Shown: positions 25,386 to 40,300 of the stretch, piece by piece
Layout: every line of letters starts with the position of its first letter
How positions within the stretch are numbered: the stretch's first letter is position 1
DNA from: Balanoglossus misakiensis
Lineage: Eukaryota > Animalia > Hemichordata
Assembly: GCA_040954595.2 (NCBI GenBank)
Contig: CM082582.2
Location: forward strand, 10,593,483-10,657,482
Length of the DNA: 64,000 bases
Direction: 5' to 3'
The notes under the pieces: model-generated
Database searches by the model: none
Seen by the model: the letters and a program-made list of their open reading frames with translations, nothing else
Told to the model about the DNA's origin: nothing
Position numbers and translations under genes: made by a program

Positions 25386-28300
25386 CTAGGCTGCGGTACC
25401 GCCCTCTGCTTTCAAGAGCTGTAGGAAAAAGAAGGTACGAGATTAAGGTAAGCACCTCAGTGAAATATTTTCAGAAAAATGACAGTCCAGGCAAACCTTT
25501 CAATTCCTTGATATATAATAGTGTGATCTTGACAATCATGAAAGAGAAGAATGAACAGCTTTTACTTCATTTCGCACCTTTGACGTGTCTTTCGCTTCTT
25601 GCACAACGGGGAACTTGACGTTGACTTCTTCCTCTGGTGAGTAGAACGGTGAACTTGTTGTCGTGGTAACGTCCTTCGACAGCTGGCTTTCCAAAGATGG
25701 ATAACGGGTCAGTTTTACGAGTTTAGGGCTCAACCTCGGGGACAATCTTGGCGTGTTGATACGACTTTCGTTGGGAGTGTGGAACCTGCTCTCGTTTGAA
25801 AGTTCCCGTTGGATGTGGCTGTTCTTTCGAGACGACATGAACTGCAGTATCTTGCTGGTGGCGCTCTCTTTGGATCCCTGTCTCTGATACCTCGCGCCTA
25901 TGCCGTCGCTGGGCAACGACGAAGGCGAGGTGTCAGGCAAGATCTTGGCGGAGGAGTTGACGGTCGACAGTCTGCTGCATTCGGTGATGGTTTCCAGGTG
26001 CGAAATTGGCCATAAGCTGTCGTCGGTTACACTGCAAATTGGGGAACAAAGACTCATTATACATCGGATGGACATTTTCGTGATCATCATCATCAAGTTG
26101 GAAGCAAACGGAAAGTAACTCACTGCATATCAGTGGTTGAACCCATCCACGAATTCTCTCTGCGGTGACCGATGGTTGCCTTGGTGTAAGGTATTTCGAA
26201 TTCGGGTTGGTCCCAGTAGATGTCCTTCTCGAGTTTGGGATGAACTCCGTATAGTCCATCGGCAGCAAGTAATCCCACCTGGTAATTGAGAGATAATTTT
26301 CTTGTGATGGATTGCGACCAATGAATTCGAAATTGATGAATGAATCTTTTTATTCACAGTAAGCTGATACGTGTATTTCATTTTGGAGTCCGCCTATATT
26401 TGGTGACCGACGTCGATTCTCGCTAACAAAACACCGTGTAGGTGATGGTTGAATGTAAGGGTATGCTTGTCGATGAAGAAAAGCGCGCACCTTACCTGAA
26501 GATTTCTGTCAACAATATAGTTGACTTCAAAATCGTCGTCATCTTCACCATACGGATTTATAATGGCCTCCGCAACCTGCAATCAAATAACTTTGTGATT
26601 TGTGCACTGACAGGATCGTGTTAACATAGGACAAAATTAGCATTTTGGCTTATTTGTAAGTTACCCTAATGGCCAGTGACATTTGGAAGTTCTGGTTTGT
26701 TCCGAAATAAAAAAAATCGAATTGCGTTTTCTTTCAAAAGAAATGAAAACCAAGGAAGATCTGAGGGAGCTCACCTTCAACCAACCAAAGTAAAAGAAGA
26801 ATTCCAAGATGGTGAAGAATGGTATGTACAGGTCGACATAATGACCATCATAACCCTGGGCTGGATCCAGGAACTGCCGACCGATTAGACATGCGCAGAA
26901 GTAAGAGTAGACTGCCAAAGTCACAACCTGAAAAAGATTATCATTGCGTATCATTTGCACTACAACATATTAACCATTTGTGGTCTTTTTTTAGCAAGTC
27001 CAGCGTGATTCTAGATGGTGAGGGATTATTATATGCACCAAGCCGACGCGTCTTGTTGGGTGAGTATATATTTAGAAAGTCCTGATTTTATTGATATTTT
27101 GAAAGTAAGAACCTGCTGGCTTCGCAAGGAATAATGCAGCTACTTCAACTTTTCAACTGTTATCAATCACCAAAATGTTGTGAATCACGAACTAAGCATA
27201 TTATCTGGAGAATAATTAGAGATGGCAAAGGCTGGAAAACCGAAAAAGGGAAACCACGATTTATATACCTGAGTGTAGACGAGAGGTACACTGATCCAGT
27301 CAAAGGCGTATATCATACCAGAGTTCTCACGGAAACGTTGAATTTGCTGCAAATAAATCGGGTCGGTGAATATATATCTGGAAACATAGTACTTGTAACT
27401 GTTGCAAGAAATTCTTGTCCGGAATTCCCACATCCCCTGTGAAAAATGCGCAGTTTGTTGAAAGACTGGTATAGTCGTAGTTTGAAGAATCCATATCTGT
27501 CTATATTCAGTTGCTTCGATTGCTAGCTGCTCCTCAATTTAATTCAAGCATACTAAGACTCTTGGGTTAGTTTTTTTCTCTCGCCAGCATCGTGGACCAA
27601 GCGATTCACCAGAATTGGATGACTTACATCAATGATTGATTTCATGGCCATGTCGTCACGAATACGACCTTCTTTCCTGGTTTCTGCCACCAAGTTACAC
27701 GCCCAAGCACATGGCACCCAGAACTTGCTGTGAGGGCAAGGTGTGTCTTCCATCATTTGTCGCTCGTCGTAATTGAAAAACCCTGGCGATGACATAAAAA
27801 TAACAAATTCTGGACTTAGCGAATTTTGACGATTTCGTTATTTTGGCACATTTTTCATGGGTTATAGCTCATGAAAATCATCCAAAAATGTCAATTTTTC
27901 GACTTTCCGAAATTTCAAAATTTCTTCATTTTTTGATAAAAATCATGGGTTATAGCTCAGGAAAATCATCAAAAAATGAGAATTTTTTGACTTTGCGAAA
28001 AGTCAAAAATGGGTCGATTTTTGAAAAAATCATGGGTTATAGCTCAGGAAAATCATCCAAAAATGTCAATTTTTCGACTTTCCGAAATTTCAAAATTTCT
28101 TCATTTTTTGATAAAAATCATGGGCCATAGCTCAGGAGAATCATCAAAAAATGAGAATTTTTCGACTTTGCAAAAAGTGAAAATTGGGTCGATTTTTGAA
28201 AAAATCATGGGTTATAGCTCAGGAAAATCATCAAAAAATGAGAATTTTCCGACTTTGCGAAAAGTGAAAATTGGGTCGATTTCTGAAAAAATCATGGGTT

Positions 28301-31300
28301 ATAGCTCAGGAAAATCATCAAAAAATGAGAATTTTCCGACTTTGCGAAAAGTCAAAATTGGGTCGATTTTTGAAAAAATCATGGGTTATAGCTCAGGAAA
28401 ATCATCAAAAAATGAGAATTTTTCGACTTTGCGAAAAGTCAAAATTGGGTCGATTTTTGAAAAAATCATGGGTTATAGCTCAGGAAAATCATCAAAAAAT
28501 GAGAATTTTTCGACTTTGCGAAAAGTCAAAATTGGGTCGATTTTTGAAAAAATCATGGGTTATAGCTCAGGAAAATCATCAAAAAATAAGAATTTTTCGA
28601 CTTTGCGAAAAGTCAAAATTGGGTCGATTTTTGAAAAAATCATGGGTTATAGCTCAGGAAAATCATCAAAAAATGAGAATTTTTCGACTTTGCGAAAGTC
28701 AAAATTGGGTCGATTTTTGAAAAAATCATGGGTTATAGCTCAGGAAAATCATCAAAAAATGAGAAATTTTCGACTTTGCGAAAAGTCAAAATTGGGTCGA
28801 TTTTTGAAAAAATCATGGGTTATAGCTCAGGAAAATCATCAAAAAATGAGAAATTTTCGACTTTGCGAAAAGTCGAAATTGGGTCGATTTTTGAAAAAAT
28901 CATGGGTTATAGCTCAGGAAAATCATCAAAAAATGAGAATTTTTCGACTTTGCGAAAAGTCAAAATTGGGTCGATTTTTGAAAAAATCATGGGTTATAGC
29001 TCAGGAAAATCATCAAAAAATGAGAATTTTTCGACTTTGCGAAAAGTCAAAATTGGGTCGATTTTTGAAAAAATCATGGGTTATAGCTCAGGAAAATCAT
29101 CAAAAAATGAGAATTTTTCGACTTTGCGAAAAGTCAAAATAGGGTCGATTTTTGAAAAAAATCATGGGTTATAGCTCAGGAAAATCATCAAAAAATGAGA
29201 ATTTTTCGACTTTGCGAAAAGTGAAAATTGGGTCGATTTTTGAAAAAATCATGGGTTATAGCTCAGGAAAATCATCAAAAAATGAGAATTTTTCGACTTT
29301 GCGAAAAGTGAAAATTGGGTCGATTTTTGAAAAAATCATGGGTTATTGCTCAGGAAAATCATCAAAAAATGAGAATTTTTCGACTTTGCGAAAAGTCAAA
29401 ATTGGGTCGATTTTTGAAAAAATCATGGGTTATAGCTCAGGAAAATCATCAAAAAATGAGAATTTTTCGACTTTGCGAAAAGTCAAAATTGGGTCGATTT
29501 TTGAAAAAATCATGGGTTATAGCTCAGGAAAATCATCAAAAAATGAGAAATTTTCGACTTTGCGAAAAGACAAAATTGGGTCGATTTTTGAAAAAATCAT
29601 GGGTTATAGCTCAGGAAAATCATCAAAAAATGAGAATTTTTCGACTTTGCGAAAAGTGAAAATTGGGTCGATTTTTGAAAAAATCATGGGTTATAGCTCA
29701 GGAAAATCATCAAAAAATGAGAATTTTTCGACTTTGCGAAAAGTGAAAATTGGGTAGATTTTTGAAAAAATCATGGGTTATAGCTCAGGAAAATCATCAA
29801 AAAATGAGAAATTTTCGACTTTGAGAAAAGTCAAAATTGGGTCGATTTTTGAAAAAATCATGGGTTATAGCTCAGGAAAATCATCAAAAAATGAGAATTT
29901 TTCGACTTTGCGAAAAGTCAAAATTGGGTCGATTTTTGAAAAAATCATGGGTTATAGCTCAGGAAAATCATCAAAAAATGAGAATTTTTCGACTTTGCGA
30001 AAAGTCAAAATTGGGTCGATTTTTGAAAAAATCATGGGTTATAGCTCAGGAAAATCATCAAAAAATGAGAATTTTTCGACTTTGCGAAAAGTCAAAATTG
30101 GGTCGATTTTTGAAAAAATCATGGGTTATAGCTCAGGAAAATCATCAAAAAATGAGAATTTTTCGACTTTGCGAAAAGTGAAAATTGGGTCGATTTTTGA
30201 AAAAATCATGGGTTATAGCTCAGGAAAATCATCAAAAAATGAGAATTTTTCGACTTTGCGAAAAGTCAAAATTGGGTCGATTTTTGAAAAAATCATGGGT
30301 TATAGCTCAGGAAAATCATCAAAAAATGAGAATTTTTCGACTTTGCGAAAAGTCAAAATTGGGTCGATTTTTGAAAAAATCATGGGTTATAGCTCAGGAA
30401 AATCATCAAAAAATGAGAATTTTTCGACTTTGCGAAAAGTCAAAATTGGGTCGATTTTTGAAAAAATCATGGGTTATAGCTCAGGAAAATCATCAAAAAA
30501 TGAGAATTTTTCGACTTTGCGAAAAGTCAAAATTGGGTCGATTTTTGAAAAAATCATGGGTTATAGCTCAGGAAAATCATCAAAAAATGAGAATTTTTCG
30601 ACTTTGCGAAAAGTGAAAATTGGGTCGATTTTTGAAAAAATCATGGGTTATAGCTCAGGAAAATCATCAAAAAATGAGAATTTTTCGACTTTGCGAAAAG
30701 TGAAAATTGGGTCGATTTTTGAAAAAATCATGGGTTATAGCTCAGGAAAATCATCAAAAAATGAGAATTTTTCGACTTTGCGAAAAGTCAAAATTGGGTC
30801 GATTTTTGAAAAAATCATGGGTTATAGCTCAGGAAAATCATCAAAAAATGAGAATTTTTCGACTTTGCGAAAAGTGAAAATTGGGTCGATTTTTGAAAAA
30901 ATCATGGGTTATAGCTCAGGAAAATCATCAGAAAATGAGAATTTTTCGACTTTGCGAAAAGTCAAAATTGGGTCGATTTTTGAAAAAATCATGGGTTATA
31001 GCTCAGGAAAATCATCAAAAAATGAGAATTTTTCGACTTTGCGAAAAGTCAAAATTGGGTCGATTTTTGAAAAAATCATGGGTTATAGCTCAGGAAAATC
31101 ATCAAAAAATGAGAATTTTTCGACTTTGCGAAAAGTCAAAATTGGGTCGATTTTTGAAAAAATCATGGGTTATAGCTCAGGAAAATCATCAAAAAATGAG
31201 AATTTTTCGACTTTGCGAAAAGTCAAAATTGGGTCGATTTTTGAAAAAATCATGGGTTATAGCTCAGGAAAATCATCAAAAAATGAGAATTTTTCGACTT

Positions 31301-34300
31301 TGCGAAAAGTCAAAATTGGGTCGATTTTTGAAAAAATCATGGGTTATAGCTCAGGAAAATCATCAAAAAATGAGAATTTTTCGACTTTGCGAAAAGTCAA
31401 AATTGGGTCGATTTTTGAAAAAATCATGGGTTATAGCTCAGGAAAATCATCAAAAAATGAGAATTTTTCGACTTTGCGAAAAGTCAAAATTGGGTCGATT
31501 TTTGAAAAAATCATGGGTTATAGCTCAGGAAAATCATCAAAAAATGAGAATTTTTCGACTTTGCGAAAAGTCAAAATTGGGTCGATTTTTGAAAAAATCA
31601 TGGGTTATAGCTCAGGAAAATCATCAAAAAATGAGAATTTTCCGACTTTGCGAAAAGTCAAAATTGGGTCGATTTTTGAAAAAATCATGGGTTATAGCTC
31701 AGGAAAATCATCAAAAAATGAGAATTTTTCGACTTTGCGAAAAGTCAAAATTGGGTCGATTTTTGAAAAAATCATGGGTTATAGCTCAGGAAAATCATCA
31801 AAAAATGAGAATTTTTCGACTTTGCGAAAAGTCAAAATTGGGTCGATTTTTGAAAAAATCATGGGTTATAGCTCAGGAAAATCATCAAAAAATGAGAATT
31901 TTTCGACTTTGCGAAAAGTCAAAATTGGGTCGATTTTTGAAAAAATCATGGGTTATAGCTCAGGAAAATCATCAAAAAATGAGAATTTTTCGACTTTGCG
32001 AAAAGTGAAAATTGGGTCGATTTTTGAAAAAATCATGGGTTATAGCTCAGGAAAATCATCAAAAAATGAGAATTTTTCGACTTTGCGAAAAGTGAAAATT
32101 GGGTCGATTTTTGAAAAAATCATGGGTTATAGCTCAGGAAAATCATCAAAAAATGAGAATTTTTCGACTTTGCGAAAAGTGAAAATTGGGTCGATTTTTG
32201 AAAAAATCATGGGTTATAGCTCAGGAAAATCATCAAAAAATGAGAATTTTTCGACTTTGCGAAAAGTCAAAATTGGGTCGATTTTTGAAAAAATCATGGG
32301 TTATAGCTCAGGAAAATCATCAAAAAATGAGAAATTTTCGACATTGCGAAAAGTCAAAATTGGGTCGATTTTTGAAAAAATCATGGGTTATAGCTCAGGA
32401 AAATCATCAAAAAATGAGAATTTTTCGACTTTGCGAAAAGACAAAATTGGGTCGATTTTTGAAAAAATCATGGGTTATAGCTCAGGAAAATCATCAAAAA
32501 ATGAGAATTTTTCGACTTTGCGAAAAGTGAAAATTGGGTCGATTTTTGAAAAAATCATGGGTTATAGCTCAGGAAAATCATCAAAAAATGAGAATTTTTC
32601 GACTTTGCGAAAAGTCAAAATTGGGTCGATTTTTGAGAAAATCATGGGTTATAGCTCAGGAAAATCATCAAAAAATGAGAATTTTTCGACTTTGCGAAAA
32701 GTCAAAATTGGGTCGATTTTTGAGAAAATCATGGGTTATAGCTCAGGAAAATCATCAAAAAATGAGAATTTTTCGACTTTGCGAAAAGTCAAAATTGGGT
32801 CGTTTTTTGAAAAAATCATGGGTTATAGCTCAGGAAAATCATCAAAAAATGAGAATTTTTCCTCTTTGCGAAAAGTCAAAATTGGGTCGTTTTTTGAAAA
32901 AATCATGGGTTATAGCTCAGGAAAATCATCAAAAAATGAGAATTTTTCGACTTTGCGAAAAGTCAAAATTGAGTCGATTTTTGAAAAAATCATGGGTTAT
33001 AGCTCAGGAAAATCATCAAAAAATGAGAATTTTTCCTCTTTGCGAAAAGTCAAAATTGGGTCGATTTTTGAGAAAATCATGGGTTATAGCTCAGGAAAAT
33101 CATCAAAAAATGAGAATTTTTCGACTTTGCGAAAAGTCAAAATTGGGTCGATTTTTGAAAAAATCATGGGTTATAGCTCAGGAAAATCATCAAAAAATGA
33201 GAATTTTCCGACTTTGCGAAAAGTCAAAATTGGGTCGATTTTTGAAAAAATCATGGGTTATAGCTCAGGAAAATCATCAAAAAATGAGAATTTTTCCTCT
33301 TTGCGAAAAGTCAAAATTGGGTCGATTTTTGAGAAAATCATGGGTTATAGCTCAGGAAAATCATCAAAAAATGAGAATTTTTCGACTTTGCGAAAAGTCA
33401 AAATTGGGTCGATTTTTGAAAAAATCATGGGTTATAGCTCAGGAAAATCATCAAAAAATGAGAATTTTCCGACTTTGCGAAAAGTCAAAATTGGGTCGAT
33501 TTTTGAAAAAATCATGGGTTATAGCTCAGGAAAATCATCAAAAAATGAGAATTTTTCGACTTTGCGAAAAGTCAAAATTGGGTCGATTTTTGAAAAAATC
33601 ATGGGTTATAGCTCAGGAAAATCATCAAAAAATGAGAATTTTTCGACTTTGCGAAAAGTCAAAATTGGGTCGATTTTTGAAAAAATCATGGGTTATAGCT
33701 CAGGAAAATCATCAAAAAATGAGAATTTTTCGACTTTGCGAAAAGTCAAAATTGGGTCGATTTTTGAAAAAATCATGGGTTATAGCTCAGGAAAATCATC
33801 AAAAAATGAGAATTTTTCGACTTTGCGAAAAGTGAAAATTGGGTCGATTTTTGAAAAAATCATGGGTTATAGCTCAGGAAAATCATCAAAAAATGAGAAT
33901 TTTTCGACTTTGCGAAAAGTCAAAATTGGGTCGATTTTTGAAAAAATCATGGGTTATAGCTCAGGAAAATCATCAAAAAATGAGAAATTTTCGACATTGC
34001 GAAAAGTCAAAATTGGGTCGATTTTTGAAAAAATCATGGGTTATAGCTCAGGAAAATCATCAAAAAATGAGAATTTTTCGACTTTGCGAAAAGACAAAAT
34101 TGGGTCGATTTTTGAAAAAATCATGGGTTATAGCTCAGGAAAATCATCAAAAAATGAGAATTTTTCGACTTTGCGAAAAGTGAAAATTGGGTCGATTTTT
34201 GAAAAAATCATGGGTTATAGCTCAGGAAAATCATCAAAAAATGAGAATTTTTCGACTTTGCGAAAAGTCAAAATTGGGTCGATTTTTGAGAAAATCATGG

Positions 34301-37300
34301 GTTATAGCTCAGGAAAATCATCAAAAAATGAGAATTTTTCGACTTTGCGAAAAGTCAAAATTGGGTCGATTTTTGAGAAAATCATGGGTTATAGCTCAGG
34401 AAAATCATCAAAAAATGAGAATTTTTCGACTTTGCGAAAAGTCAAAATTGGGTCGTTTTTTGAAAAAATCATGGGTTATAGCTCAGGAAAATCATCAAAA
34501 AATGAGAATTTTTCCTCTTTGCGAAAAGTCAAAATTGGGTCGTTTTTTGAAAAAATCATGGGTTATAGCTCAGGAAAATCATCAAAAAATGAGAATTTTT
34601 CGACTTTGCGAAAAGTCAAAATTGGGTCGATTTTTGAAAAAATCATGGGTTATAGCTCAGGAAAATCATCAAAAAATGAGAATTTTTCCTCTTTGCGAAA
34701 AGTCAAAATTGGGTCGATTTTTGAGAAAATCATGGGTTATAGCTCAGGAAAATCATCAAAAAATGAGAATTTTTCGACTTTGCGAAAAGTCAAAATTGGG
34801 TCGATTTTTGAGAAAATCATGGGTTATAACTCAGGAAAATCATCAAAAAATGAGAATTTTTCGACTTTGAGAAAAGTCAAAATAGGGTCGATTTTTGAGA
34901 AAATCATGGGTTATAGCTCAGGAAAATCATCAAAAAATGAGAATTTTTCGACTTTGCGAAAAGTCAAAATTGGGTCGATTTTTGAAAAAATCATGGGTTA
35001 TAGCTCAGGAAAATCATCAAAAAATGAGAATTTTTCGACTTTGCGAAAAGTCAAAATTGGGTCGTTTTTTGAAAAAATCATGGGTTATAGCTCAGGAAAA
35101 TCATCAAAAAATGAGAATTTTTCGACTTTGCGAAAAGTCAAAATTGGGTCGATTTTTGAAAAAATCATGGGTTATAGCTCAGGAAAATCATCAAAAAATG
35201 AGAATTTTTCGACTTTGCGAAAAGTCAAATTTGGGTCGATTTTTGAAAAAATCATGGGTTATAGCTCAGGAAAATCATCAAAAAATGAGAATTTTTCGAC
35301 TTTGCGAAAAGTCAAAATTGGGTCGATTTTTGAAAAAATCATGGGTTATAGCTCAGGAAAATCATCAAAAAATGAGAATTTTTCGACTTTGCGAAAAGTC
35401 AAAATTGGGTCGATTTTTGAAAAAATCATGGGTTATAGCTCAGGAAAATCATAAAAAAATGAGAATTTTTCGACTTTGCGAAAAGTCAAAATTGGGTCGA
35501 TTTTTGAAAAAATCATGGGTTATAGCTCAGGAAAATCATCAAAAAATGAGAATTTTTCGACTTTGCGAAAAGTCAAAATTGGGTCGATTTTTGAAAAAAT
35601 CATGGGTTATAGCTCAGGAAAATCATCAAAAAATGAGAATTTTTCGACTTTGCGAAAAGTCAAAATTGGGTCGATTTTTGAAAAAATCATGGGTTATAGC
35701 TCAGGAAAATCATCAAAAAATGAGAATTTTTCCTCTTTGCGAAAAGTCAAAATTGGGTCGATTTTTGAAAAAATCATGAGTTATAGCTCAGGAAAATCAT
35801 CAAAAAATGAGAATTTTTCGACTTTGCGAAAAGTCAAAATTGGGTCGATTTTTGAAAAAATCATGGGTTATAGCTCAGGAAAATCATCAAAAAATGAGAA
35901 TTTTTCGACTTTGCGAAAAGTCAAAATTGGGTCGATTTTTGAAAAAATCATGGGTTATAGCTCAGGAAAATCATCAAAAAATGAGAATTTTTCGACTTTG
36001 CGAAAAGTCAAAATTGGGTCGATTTTTGAAAAAATCATGGGTTATAGCTCAGGAAAATCATCAAAAAATGAGAATTTTTCGACTTTGCGAAAAGTCAAAA
36101 TTGGGTCGATTTTTGAAAAAATCATGGGTTATAGCTCAGGAAAATCATCAAAAAATGAGAATTTTTCGACTTTGCGAAAAGTCAAAATTGGGTCGATTTT
36201 TGAAAAAATCATGGGTTATAGCTCAGGAAAATCATCAAAAAATGAGAATTTTTCGACTTTGCGAAAAGTCAAAATTGGGTCGATTTTTGAAAAAATCATG
36301 GGTTATAGCTCAGGAAAATCATCAAAAAATGAGAATTTTTCGACTTTGCGAAAAGTCAAAATTGGGTCGATTTTTGAAAAAATCATGGGTTATAGCTCAG
36401 GAAAATCATCAAAAAATGAGAATTTTTCGACTTTGCGAAAAGTCAAAATTGGGTCGATTTTTGAAAAAATCATGGGTTATAGCTCAGGAAAATCATCAAA
36501 AAATGAGAATTTTTCGACTTTGCGAAAAGTCAAAATTGGGTCGATTTTTGAAAAAATCATGGGTTATAGCTCAGGAAAATCATCAAAAAATGAGAATTTT
36601 TCGACTTTGCGAAAAGTCAAAATTGGGTCGATTTTTGAAAAAATCATGGGTTATAGCTCAGGAAAATCATCAAAAAATGAGAATTTTTCGACTTTGCGAA
36701 AAGTCAAAATTGGGTCGTTTTTTGAAAAAATCATGGGTTATAGCTCAGGAAAATCATCAAAAAATTAGAATTTTTCGACTTTGCGAAAAGTCAAAATTGG
36801 GTCGATTTTTGAAAAAATCATCAGTTATAGCTCAGGAAAATCATCAAAAAATGAGAATTTTTCGACTTTGCGAAAAGTCAAAATGGGGTCGATTTTTGAA
36901 AAAATCATGGGTTATAGCTCAGGAAAATCATCAAAAAATGAGAATTTTTCGACTTTGCGAAAAGTCAAAATTGGGTCGATTTTTGAAAAAATCATGGGTT
37001 ATAGCTCAGGAAAATCATCAAAAAATGAGATTTTTTCGACTTTGCGAAAAGTCAAAATTGGGTCGATTTTTGAAAAAATCATGGGTTATAGCTCAGGAAA
37101 ATCATCAAAAAATGAGATTTTTTCGACTTTGCGAAAAGTCAAAATTGGGTCGATTTTTGAAAAAATCATGGGTTATAGCTCAGGAAAATCATCAAAAAAT
37201 GAGAATTTTTCGACTTTGCGAAAAGTCAAAATTGGGTCGATTTTTGAAAAAATCATGGGTTATAGCTCAGGAAAATCATCAAAAAATGAGAATTTTTCGA

Positions 37301-40300
37301 CTTTGCGAAAAGTCAAAATTGGGTCGATTTTTGAAAAAATCATGGGTTATAGCTCAGGAAAATCATCAAAAAATGAGAATTTTTCGACTTTGCGAAAAGT
37401 CAAAATTGGGTCGATTTTTGAAAAAATCATGGGTTATAGCTCAGGAAAATCATCAAAAAATGAGAATTTTTCGACTTTGCGAAAAGTCAAAATTGGGTCG
37501 ATTTTTGAAAAAATCATGGGTTATAGCTCAGGAAAATCATCAAAAAATGAGAATTTTTCGACTTTGCGAAAAGTCAAAATTGGGTCGATTTTTGAAAAAA
37601 TCATGGGTTATAGCTCAGGAAAATCATCAAAAAATGAGAATTTTTCGACTTTGCGAAAAGTCAAAATTGGGTCGATTTTTGAAAAAATCATGGGTTATAG
37701 CTCAGGAAAATCATCAAAAAATGAGAATTTTTCGACTTTGCGAAAAGTCAAAATTGGGTCGATTTTTGAAAAAATCATGGGTTATAGCTCAGGAAAATCA
37801 TCAAAAAATGAGAATTTTTCGACTTTGCGAAAAGTCAAAATTGGGTCGATTTTTGAAAAAATCATGGGTTATAGCTCAGGAAAATCATCAAAAAATGAGA
37901 TTTTTACGACTTTGCGAAAAGTCAAAATTGGGTCGATTTTTGAAAAAATCATGGGTTATAGCTCAGGAAAATCATCAAAAAATGAGAATTTTTCGACTTT
38001 GCGAAAAGTCAAAATTGGGTCGATTTTTGAAAAAATCATGGGTTATAGCTCAGGAAAATCATCAAAAAATGAGAATTTTTCGACTTTGCGAAAAGTCAAA
38101 ATTGGGTCGATTTTTGAAAAAATCATGGGTTATAGCTCAGGAAAATCATCAAAAAATGAGAATTTTTCGACTTTGCGAAAAGTCAAAATTGGGTCGATTT
38201 TTGAAAAAATCATGGGTTATAGCTCAGGAAAATCATCAAAAAATGAGAATTTTTCGACTTTGCGAAAAGTCAAAATTGGGTCGATTTTTGAAAAAATCAT
38301 GGGTTATAGCTCAGGAAAATCATCAAAAAATGAGAATTTTTCGACTTTGCGAAAAGTCAAAATTGGGTCGATTTTTGAAAAAATCATGGGTTATAGCTCA
38401 GGAAAATCATCAAAAAATGAGAATTTTTCGACTTTGCGAAAAGTCAAAATTGGGTCGATTTTTGAAAAAATCATGGGTTATAGCTCAGGAAAATCATCAA
38501 AAAATGAGAATTTTTCGACTTTGCGAAAAGTCAAAATTGGGTCGATTTTTGAAAAAATCATGGGTTATAGCTCAGGAAAATCATCAAAAAATGAGAATTT
38601 TTCGACTTTGCGAAAAGTCAAAATTGGGTCGATTTTTGAAAAAATCATGGGTTATAGCTCAGGAAAATCATCAAAAAATGAGATTTTTACGACTTTGCGA
38701 AAAGTCAAAATTGGGTCGATTTTTGAAAAAATCATGGGTTATAGCTCAGGAAAATCATCAAAAAATGAGAATTTTTCGACTTTGCGAAAAGTCAAAATTG
38801 GGTCGATTTTTGAAAAAATCATGGGTTATAGCTCAGGAAAATCATCAAAAAATGAGAATTTTTCGACTTTGCGAAAAGTCAAAATTGGGTCGATTTTTGA
38901 AAAAATCATGGGTTATAGCTCAGGAAAATCATCAAAAAATGAGAATTTTTCGACTTTGCGAAAAGTCAAAATTGGGTCGATTTTTGAAAAAATCATGGGT
39001 TATAGCTCAGGAAAATCATCAAAAAATGAGAATTTTTCGACTTTGCGAAAAGTCAAAATTGGGTCGATTTTTGAAAAAATCATGGGTTATAGCTCAGGAA
39101 AATCATCAAAAAATGAGAATTTTTCGACTTTGCGAAAAGTCAAAATTGGGTCGATTTTTGAAAAAATCATGGGTTATAGCTCAGGTAAATCATCAAAAAA
39201 TGAGAATTTTTCGACTTTGCGAAAAGTCAAAATTGGGTCGATTTTTGAAAAAATCATGGGTTATAGCTCAGGAAAATCATCAAAAAATGAGAATTTTTCG
39301 ACTTTGCGAAAAGTCAAAATTGGGTCGATTTTTGACAAAATCATGGGTTATAGCTCAGGAAAATCATCAAAAAATGAGAATTTTTCGACTTTGCGAAAAG
39401 TCAAAATTGGGTCGATTTTTGAAAAAATCATGGGTTATAGCTCAGGAAAATCATCAAAAAATGAGAATTTTTCGACTTTGCGAAAAGTCAAAATTGGGTC
39501 GTTTTTTGAAAAAATCATGGGTTATAGCTCAGGAAAATCATCAAAAAATGAGAATTTTTCGACTTTGCGAAAAGTCAAAATTGGGTCGATTTTTGAAAAA
39601 ATCATGGGTTATAGCTCAGGAAAATCATCAAAAAATGAGAATTTTTCGACTTTGCGAAAAGTCAAAAATGGGTCGATTTTTGAAAAAATCATGGGTTATA
39701 GCTCAGGAAAATCATCCAAAAATGTCAATTTTTCGACTTTCCGAAATTTCAAAATTTCTTCATTTTTTGATAAAAATCATGGGTTATAGCTCAGGAGAAT
39801 CATCAAAAAATGAGAATTTTTCGACTTTGCGAAAAGTCAAAATTGGGTCGATTTTTGAAAAAATCATGGGTTATAGCTCAGGAAAATCATCAAAAAATGA
39901 GAATTTTTCGACTTTGCGAAAAGTCAAAATTGGGTCGATTTTTGAAAAAATCATGGGTTATAGCTCAGGAAAATCATCAAAAAATGAGAATTTTTCGACT
40001 TTGCGAAAAGTCAAAATTGGGACGATTTATGAAAAAATCATGGGTTATAGCTCAGGAACATCATCAAAAAATGAGAATTTTTCGACTTTGCGAAAAGTCA
40101 AAATTGGGTCGATTTTTGAAAAAATCATGGGTTATAGCTCAGGAAAATCATCAAAAAATGAGAATTTTTCGACTTTGCGAAAAGTCAAAATTGGGTCGAT
40201 TTTTGAAAAAAATCATGGGTTATAGCTCAGGAAAATCATCAAAAAATGAGAATTTTTCGACTTTGCGAAAAGTCAAAATTGGGTCGATTTTTGAAAAATT

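Noticed and set aside
28415-28445. CENP-B box in the monomer (TTCG...CG)
   Set aside because: TTCGACTTTGCGAAAA lacks the A and CGGG positions of the NTTCGNNNNANNCGGGN consensus.
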